From the IMG/VR virus record IMGVR_UViG_3300007541_000045, positions 1 through 42,113 of that record: a DNA stretch of 42,113 nucleotides; one strand, 5' to 3'. Shown in pieces: positions 1 to 9,600 of the stretch (within the stretch, counting starts at the first letter, position 1; the number at the start of each line of letters is the position of its first letter). Under the pieces are notes generated by a model. It saw only the letters and a program-made list of their open reading frames with translations, made no database searches and was not told the DNA's origin. The translations under genes were made by a program, and so were the position numbers. This stretch comes from a virus. Lineage: Duplodnaviria; Caudoviricetes.

Positions 1-620
1 AGCCTAGCATCGGCGGGGGGTACCGGGGGGATGGCTGGGATTGCGTATGTATGTGTCCCCTTGTGAATTCCTGACCCCTAGTCGATTTCCTGGGTATGCC
101 TGACCCCTGGTCGATCTAGCTATGCACTGCCTATGTCCTCCTATCATCCATTATGTGGATATAAGATATGGATATATCACTATGGTGTCAGCTGCCATAC
201 GGGAGACACGCCTAGGACATCCCACGCTGTAACGTGGGAACCTAGCAACTCCCGACACGCTAAGGAATACCTAGGAATACCTATCACTGCTATGAATACC
301 TATATACCTATATACTTTCTTCTTCTCTTCTATATATTCACAGTTAAGGACTCCTAACCATCCAATATTCGGATAATGGATATACCACAGGAGAATACCG
401 ACCTATTATCTCACTATCCTCCAAAGCTGTAATTGGCGTATAAGCGTTTCAAAAGGGCTCTTTCTAGCTCAGGGGTATGGAGACTAGGGTTAGGGCCAAA
501 CAGGATGCTAGGACGCAGCACAGAGGATCCTAGGGCCTTTCAGGGGTATTCCTAAGTATGTCCTCCACCTCCTCAGAGGGGCTTCCCAGGATATACCCAG
601 GAAGCCCCTCAACCAAGGAG
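1..620. repeat. Non-coding putative genome-end region with short repeats
   Basis: No credible gene. 17-bp direct repeat cctgacccct(a/g)gtcgat at 70-86 and 99-115; ATACCTA at 267, 277, 296 and 304; many CCTAG/CTAGG; G-runs at 15-30. Lies after the last late gene, like the short-repeat arrays next to T7 terminal repeats. Confidence 0.55.
576..610 (-). terminator. Strong hairpin after the giant gene (no U-tract)
   Basis: Perfect 11-bp inverted repeat GAGGGGCTTCC/GGAAGCCCCTC 11 nt past the stop codon. No poly-U, so it may be a processing or stabilising hairpin rather than a terminator. Confidence 0.45.
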
Positions 621-621
621 A

Positions 622-3600
622 TTATCGAAGTAGGTTAGCTAGACCTGATGATGGTCCTCTATCCTCTCTATCCAGCATTCTAGGGACAGAGCCCTGCTTA
701 GGCTGCTGGGGTTGAGGGGTAGTGGACCTAGCAGGCATGGCGGGTAGTGGCGGCATCTGTACCTCGCTGAGACCGTGGGGAGATTCATCAGCATCAAACC
801 ACTTCATGTATGATGCATCCTCCATTGGAGGGTAGGAGAATCCCTTAGCGTTCCTGGCGGAGCCAACAGTCAGCCCGACATGGGTAGCCTTCCAGAGATC
901 ACCGACATTGACTAGGTTCTTAGCTGCCCTGACGGTCTGTCCTAGGGGCAGAGCATTCAGGGGAGATAGATCAATGGCAGTCTCTAGGAGGTTTCCTGCG
1001 GCGGTACCCATCTTAGAGGAGTCTCCCTCTCGGTAGGCAGTACCCATACTACCTACACCACGGGAGACCTGACCGTATAGCTTCTGAGCCATACCGATAG
1101 CTGGGCTACGGAATGGAGTAGCTGGGAAGCTACGCTCAGAGGCGCCATAGGCCCTCATGATTGGATTACCTACCAGATCACGAACATAGGAACCGAATGC
1201 CCCAAAGATGGGACTACCAGTACCGTACATAGCTAACATCTCTACTACATCTTCTTCAGTAGGCATACGAGTGAGCTTCTCTAGAGCCTTCTGACGATCT
1301 TCCTCTTCCTTACCAAACAGTACCCGCTGGGCATTGCGGTTGAAGTACTCCATGGCAACTAGGGACGTTAGCACACCAGCAGTCATCAGAGGACCACGAG
1401 CGGTAATACCATTGCCTACTAGAGCCTGATACGCAGCCATAGGATAACTTAGCATTTGGAATAGAAGATCAGTCCATGGGTTCATGCCTTGGAAGCGCAT
1501 GGTCCCACGAAGTTCAGGGGACAGCTCATTAGTGAAGTACATGATGAACTGGTTAAGGCTCGGAAGGATCTCTCCGTCGATCTCCGCTTGGCGGCTACCG
1601 GCGGTCTGAAGAGTACCACCCATGGCAGTTTCCATGAGGTTAGTACGCTCAGTATCAATCAGAACCCGTAGGTCATTCATGTTAATATCCCTACCTGCGG
1701 TGGTGGGAGTAAACCCACCTAGGTCCATCAGTCTCTTGATTAGAGCACCATCTCGGCGAAGTAGTCCTGACTCAGCAGCATAGACTGCTAGCTGCTTAGG
1801 AATACCCAGCTCTCTGGCAATACCGACGATACCTTCGGTGGTAATCTCACCTTCGGCACCAACTCGCTTGGCTAGGTCAATGAGAGCACCGGAGTGCTTC
1901 ATCAGGGTAGCCTTGGCTTGGTTGGAGCCAATCTCTCGAACAGCATTCGTTACAGGATGCATGAAGGACATGGTACCTGTCAAATCGGCAGTTGCCCCAG
2001 TCAGTGCCTCGATGTAGTTGACCAGCTTACGAGTGAAGCTAGGATCAAGAGCATCGGCCTGACCGGCAGCTCGAATGTTCTCAGCGTGTGCCTTCATTCG
2101 GTCCTTAAGAGTAAAGAGAAGTCGGCTCTCCTCTAGGCCCTCTCCACCTGCACCGAAGCGAGATAGAGCGGTAGAATGGAGGTTAGAGAAACTAAATACC
2201 ATATCATCAACAGACTCACGAATGATTCGAGTGTCCATACCCATGGAAGCCATGAACCGTTCTAGTGGCTTGAACTGGACAGCAAACCCCTGAGCAGCCC
2301 GTAGGTATGCTCCAAGGATCTGGCTGGTGTTGTGGACCATCTTGAATGGGTTCAGGCCAGACGTACGAAGTACGGCCATTGGGGTTTCAACGAACAATAC
2401 TGACATAGCGAACTTGGCACCAAGCATAGAGTAGGATAGGTTTTGGATAATCCGGCTTCCTTGTGAGAAACTCTTATCCTTTGCAGGGTTGAATCCTCTG
2501 GCGCGCAGATAGATCTCCTTCATGCCCTGCATCCACTCATTGACTTCATCAGTCTGCTTCTTGGTCAAAGTCCGTGGAATGCCATTATCATCACGCATTA
2601 GGTTCCTCTCAAGGGACCGTTGCATGTGATTAAACATATCTGACATACTAACACCCTTCTCTCCGGTCAGCTGGTTAATACCCTTCTGAACACGGATGGA
2701 GGCAAGTGTAGTATCTGCATACCGCATGAGTCCTTCAGCTGAGTTGGTTGCTTCAGCGAAGAGATCGGCCAATGCCTCACCGCCCTCAATGTCAAAGTCC
2801 ATGTCATTAAAGGTTCGGTTATGGAAGTTGCCGATATTCCCTAGAACACCAATACGTTCATCAATGGACTCGGTAGCGTTGGAGAAGGAAGTCTTGAATC
2901 GACCACCAGCGTGGTCAAGGTAGTGACGACCTACTCGCTCTAGAGCACTGACAGGAGCTGCTCCCTCAGCCTCAAGCATAGCCTTAAAGGCAGGACTAAG
3001 AAGACCAGTATCACCGTTCACAGCATCAGCATAAAGCTTAGCTAGTGACTTACCAGTAGAAGCAAGGCGGTGGTTCTTGTTGAACTTACCACGCTCAATC
3101 TTACTGATCTTACGACGGTTGAGGTAGTCCTCAGTTTCCTGCTCAAGCTTAGTTGGCTTACGGGGCTTCTCAGGCTCCTCGCCTGGACCCTTCTTGGTCT
3201 TAGGTGGCTTGGAGGGTGGCTCGCCTTCTCCGCCTGCTGGAGCAGTACGGCGATCGAGCTCAGCCTTGGCTTCCTTAAGACGCTCACGTTCCCAAGGAGC
3301 AAGCTTAACCTTACGACCACGAGAACGCTTGATAAGATCATCAGCAGTAGCTAGAAGCTCATCATCAGTGAGTTCAGCAACTGGCTTGGGAGGAGCAGTA
3401 CGTCGTTCGATCTCAGTATTAGCTGACTTTCTAGCAGCCTTTTCCTTCTTAGTTAGCTTCTCTCCTCTACGAGAGCGCATCTCTAAGTTATTGGTAAATG
3501 CTACTAGTTCTTCATCATTAAGGTCTTCAATAGCACGAGGAGTTGGCCCTTCCATGTCCGCAAAGATACGTTCCATGTATTCATTGTCATCTTGTACCCG

Positions 3601-6600
3601 TCCTTCAGCTTCAAGTCTAGCCAGAGCATCTTCCTCATACCTAGCTCTAAGATCTTTATCGCTAGGACGAGCGAAGTCATAAGCATCACCATCCTTCGTC
3701 CTAACAGGACCAATTCTAGTGCCAGGCTCATCTGGAATATTAGGAACACCACGCATTTCAGTTTGGGTCCTAATTTCAGTAGAAGCCGGAGCTTCAGGCT
3801 TTACCTTAGGAGTTGGCGTCTTTACATCGACGGGCTCTACAATTGGTTTTCCTGTAAAAGCACTATACAGATTAGAGGGCTCTCCGATAAAATTAATTTC
3901 ACCATTTAGCCTAAAATCAGAAGTGCTATCAGAAAAGATAACAGCATCATATCCTTGTTCCTTTAGCTCTGCCAAAGAAAGCTTTGGCTTTGCGTGTCTA
4001 GGTCCGGCCCAATATGGTTTCCTAATGTCAGCAAAAACAGCAACCATTTGAGGTGCATAAGCAGTTTTGTCTGATAGAGGAGCTTGAGTAGCATAACTAG
4101 ATGCTTTTGAGGAATCTGAAGTAAAGAATAGGCCATTTCTTCCAAGATGCGGATTCGGGTCACTAAATTCAAATGTTTCTTGAATACCAGAGCTAGTGCT
4201 TCCACGGAAAAGAGGAACAGTAATAACACTATCAGAGAGTTCTTCTGTTAAGCCTAGTCTATCAACTAAGGCTGGATTACCTCTTAACCCTTCATAATTT
4301 AATGGCATTCCGCCATTTCTAGATCTTGGATTAATAGCCCATTCATATAACCAGTCAACAACGCTTGTGGCATCAAAGTACATTTCATCCGGATCATATT
4401 CCCAGGCATCAATACCCTTGTTATTAAAATGCCTAGATTCCTTTATTGCTAAGATTTCACCAGCGTCTAGTTCTTCTCCGTTTAAGCCCCTTAAATAAGT
4501 TTCCCATAGCAACTTATTTTTACCAGCATCATCTAAAGCTTCCCATTCATTTGGAAGTTTAGGAGTTGGCGCCTCAGGAACCTCATCAATAATCTGCTGT
4601 AGATCATCAGATGCCTGACGCATAGGACCAACCATTTCTGGGGTACCTAATGCCTCAGGTTCAGCAGCCTTCTGTGCCTTACGCTTGTAGAAGTACTCAG
4701 CTGCCTCACGAGAGAAGGTAACACCTTCACCCGGATTAGGCTGATCCCATTCAGAGTTACGGCTCATGAAGGCTAGGACGCTATCACTGCTATCAATGAT
4801 CTCATCTAGCTCTTCCTGTGAGAGACGAGTATACCCCGGCACACCGAGGAACTCTGTGTCTGGTGCATTCTGATAAGGAGTAATAGGTTCACCAGTAAGA
4901 TCACCCTTGTTCCCTACAGATGTCTCAGCCACAGCCTGCTGAACAGCATCACTGTCAGCAATCTCGTTATCAGCAATACGACGCTGAATCTTAGGACGAG
5001 CCTTCTCTACTGCGGTATCAATGGCCTGAACAGCTACCTGCTCCTTTTCGCCCTTGAACTCTCTAATTACTTGTTCAGCTGCTTTTTTATTCTCTTGATT
5101 AAGAGGACCACGCTTAGAGTTATGGGCCTTGACATTTGTTCGAGAAATGCCAGTCTCTTCTACTACAGCATCAATGATATCATCAGTAAGAGGATAGACT
5201 CCTGAATCGTTAGGAACTAAGCCACGCTTGACGAAAGCGTCTTCAAGAAGCTTAGCATCATCAATAGCCTTAAGAGCCTTCTTGACTGTCTTATCCTTGG
5301 ACAGGCGTGCTTCAGTAAGCTTACGCGACAGTAGCTCAGCCTGCTCAAGTGCTATGGCTTCTTCTTCAGGAGTAGCAGTCTTAGCTGCTGGAGCCTGTTC
5401 GATAAAGGACTTGCCCTCTGCATCTTCTCCAGAGACACCTCGCTTGGCGCGATCAAACACTTCTCTGTTAGCACGCTTAGCAGCCTTGGCCTCATTTAGT
5501 GCCTTGGTAATTAGAAGATCAACAATCTGATCATCATCCATACCATCAAAGGTAGACTTGATTCCACGGCCTGGAGTGGTACGGATTAACTGCCCCTCTT
5601 CTTCAGAGAGTTGTTGAAGAATTCCAGCAACCGCATCAATCTGATACGGCTTAAGGGCTCGCTCTTCGCTAAGGCCCTCAACACGAGCAAATACCTTGGT
5701 ACTGATTTCTTCAGCACGAGACATTGCAGTTTCCTGAGCCTTAGGCTTAGCAGTCATGGAAGTCATGTGCTCTGTTAATTCAGTAACAGACTCATCAAAC
5801 TGCTTCTGAGCACGCTGCTTATCCATAGCCGTAGCACGAGGATTAGCCTCAGTCTTCTTAAGCTTTTCTTCAGCCTTGTCAGCCTTACGCTTTAGGAAGG
5901 CAAGTCTTTCATCGGGAGCTAGCTGACCAGCTCTACCTAACTCATCTAGATCAACCAGCTTATAAGCATCGATCTCCTCAGCAACATCCACGCCAAAGAG
6001 ACGCATGATACGATCCGAGGCTGCCTCGTCTGGCTGTGAATCATAGATAGCACGAATGATCTGCTTAAGACCAGACCAGTTTTCCTTACCCATGATCTGC
6101 TCACCCATACCGGCTGCTTCATCACCTAGAAGAGCCACATCGCCAAAGAGCTTCTTGTAGAACTTTCCAAACTTACTTAGGAAGGTTCCCAAAGTACCTC
6201 GGCGAGCAGTTACTACTTGGTTACGAAGCATGGTAGCTTCAGCAAGTGCAGCAGTAAACTCATGGACATTACTCATGGCATATTCAGCATCTACACCAAT
6301 CTGCTCAAATAGCCGTCGAATAGAATTCTGACCATTCTTTGCTTGGTTATAGAGAGACTGAATTACACCCTGCATTCGAGGAGAAGATGACAAGAAGGCA
6401 ATGTGAGAGGTCTCATGGACCAGAGTTAATGCCGCATTGACAGCACGATCATTACCTTCGCCTGCTAATTCTTCCAGCTTACGGAGACGGATAATACCAT
6501 CTTCCTCAGCAATGCCTAAGAATCGTTTTGCTAAGTTATCAGAGATATCAATACGAGTAAAGCTCATGCCACCCATCTTGTGAGGATCAATATCCACAAA

Positions 6601-9600
6601 GGCTAGGCGAACAAGCTTTGCTGCGGTTTCATCTAGGAACCCTTCAGCTACGAGTGCATCGAGACGATGACTAAGTGCTGCGTGTCCTTCTGATAGGCCA
6701 TCAAAGGCATCGCGATCATTGACATACTTGATCTTCTGGTTTGCATTCATTGGCTTACGGCGAACACGAGGTGCCGTATCCGATAGGTTTACTTCGGCAG
6801 CCCGAGCAAGAGCTCGCTGTCGCATAACCAGAGCATCGTCAATATCATCCTTTAGAGCTTGAACACTAAGGCCAGTAGCCGCCTCAATCTCTTCTGCTAC
6901 GTCATCAGAGACACGAGCAAGAGTAGAGCGAGCATTCTCTAGACGCTTGATAGTTTCATCAAGACCGAGAACGCCACGAGCTACGGCAGACTCAGCACCA
7001 GCTGACTCTGCGGATCGGCCTAGTGGTAGGCTCATGCTGTTACCAAAGATCTCACCAACCTCATCAGCTACCCTCATAACATCAGCCATGTTTGCTGGAT
7101 CATCAATAAGATCCATAGCATAGTTAATGTCTGAACTGACAGCAGCTGCACGACCAGCAGCTGGAGTTGCTGCTTCGGGGTCTAGTTCCTCAAGCCCGGC
7201 AAAGCCACGCTTGACAATCATTTCTGCAAACTCACGATTGACATCAATGTCATCAGAGATATGCAGAGGTGAGTCCTGTGGTACATCAAACTTCTTGTTT
7301 ACCAAGCGACGGCCAAGAGCATCATGCTCACTACCCTTAGTGATGCGAATCCAGCCAATAGACTCTAGAACTTCTAGGTCTAGGGCAGCTCCACCACGGA
7401 GTAGCTGATGTCGTCGAATCTTAGTAAAGTTATCAATGAACTTACTAGCCCGCTCTGCGGATAGACCACCACGGATATGATGAGGAATATAGCGGGTTGC
7501 ACTAATGCCAGTTAGCGGAGACCCAGCTTCTGCTGCTTCCTCGATTGCCATAGCCATGACATTGGTGTATGCTCGCTGAGCGGCATAGAGATCTGCACGA
7601 AGAGCTTCTTCTCCGCCTAGGTTTTCATAAGCACGTAGCAGTGCCTCTGGAACCCCAGCTAGATCGAACTCACCGGGCTTACCGACTAGCCTGCCTAGCT
7701 GACGTTGACGAAGGAAGAAAGTATCAAAGAGAGAGTAAGGCTGTTCGCCTAGCTTTCGTCGAAGACTCTTCGAGAGATTTAGGAAGGGAACTGCTTCTCT
7801 AGCAGCACCTTCAACAATAGACTCAATTGACATGAAGTCAGTAGAGTTACTAAAGATACGGTTACTTACATGCTGCCCAGTAATCCAGTTCGACATACCA
7901 CGAACAATCCTGTTTCGGTGGCGGAATAACCTGTTCTGGGCAATAGGCCATAGAGAAACCGATGCCATAAGCCTTTCCATGCGAGCACCAATAGTGGTCT
8001 CACGGAACATGCTATTAAACCAAGCTCGTGACCGTGAGCCCTCACCAACACTGACAGCATCGGGTGAGCTACGGAGAATAAGCTTATCAATAGCGGCTCC
8101 TAGGATTTCATCTTGCTCAAGTCCTGTACGCGCTGAGAATGGAATATCACTCTTGATACGCTCAAGAACACGAGCATAGGCTTCTTCGGCATCAAAGTCA
8201 ATACCGAGCTTCTTGTTGACTTCCATGAACCTCTTCTGCATACGAGTAGCAACCTTTTCAAGACGGCGTAGAGCCTTCTCGTCTCCGCGCTTCTCAGCCA
8301 GCTTTGCAGCTCGCTTAGCAAGAGAACGAAGCTTTGTACGAAGATCCTTAGCTTCTCGAATAGCTGCAACAGCATTAGAGGTTTGTAGGAAGTTCTCAAC
8401 ATTAAAGGCTGGTGGTGTACTATCAAGCACACGCATACCCTCGCCCTTTGAGATAGCTTGAATAGCAGCACGAGCATCAGGCATCTCTGCATCGAGGGCC
8501 TTGATTGCGGTAGCATCGCCAACAATAGCCTTATACCTACTAGCATACTGCATCAGTCGCTTAGCACTAATACCTAGATCCTGAGCCGCCTTGATAGTTG
8601 ACTCATTACGGAGAAGGTTAAGAGCATTCTCTACACGAAGAACTTGCTTCAAGAACGAGTCTTCGGTACGAGCCTTTGTTCCAGTCGCCACAATAGAGTC
8701 AATCTTACGGTTAAAGATAGCTAGCTCTTCGGCAGGTAGGTTGCCCTTTTCGTTGACAAGACGCTGGACTGACTTCATTAGCTTCTCGTCGTGAAGACTC
8801 TGAGCATAGTCAGTAAGCTTCTTAAGATTCTTAGGAGTAATAGTACCGTCCTTAAGGGCCTGCACAAGAGTCTTTAGCTCTGTATGCTGGGCGTCAGTTA
8901 GAGGACGAAGACCACTACCGCCTACAAACCTAGCTTCTACTTCCTTCATGTTAGCCGTAACAGCAGCATCAATCTGCTGGATACGAGCATCAGCAACATC
9001 ACGAAGAAGCTTTCCGCTATCATCATAAAGATCTGCGCCAAACTTAGCAGCATGTTCTTTAGATGCACGGAAAGCAGCACGGACAACTTGATCAAACTCT
9101 TCTGCTGCAATCTGACCGCCAGCTCCTAGTCGTCGCTGAATACCGTAGACAAGATCTACAGCAGCAGCTGGCGATAGGCCATTCTCGGCTAGTACATGAG
9201 AAGAGAATAGAGAATCAACTAGAGTCGAGTGGCTTGCTCCTTCAGGTACAACTACCATGTTAGGAATAACCTCGGCAATAGCTTCCTTAGCCTCGACCTC
9301 ACCTCGGTTAAGGCGAATAGCAAGACCTCGGTTTTCGATATTAGAGAAGATCTGAGCACCCTCTACCTCAGCGACAGTAGCTTCACGCTCTGCGAGGCGA
9401 CTCAGTGCTCGGCTCATTGAAGCCTCACCAACGATACCCGTAGCTGCAATATCCTCAGCTAGGTTAGTAACATGAGTGCTTAAGCGGCCTAGACCACGAA
9501 TGCTTGGGCCAACACCACCAACAAGACCTGCCAAACCGGCACCTCCAATAGCACCCAGACCTCCGTAGAGTAGCATGTTATTAGTAACACCATTCCAGTC

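Noticed and set aside
133-357. 74-aa plus-strand ORF in the terminal region
   Set aside because: It lies in low-complexity repeats, has no SD and is opposite to all other genes.
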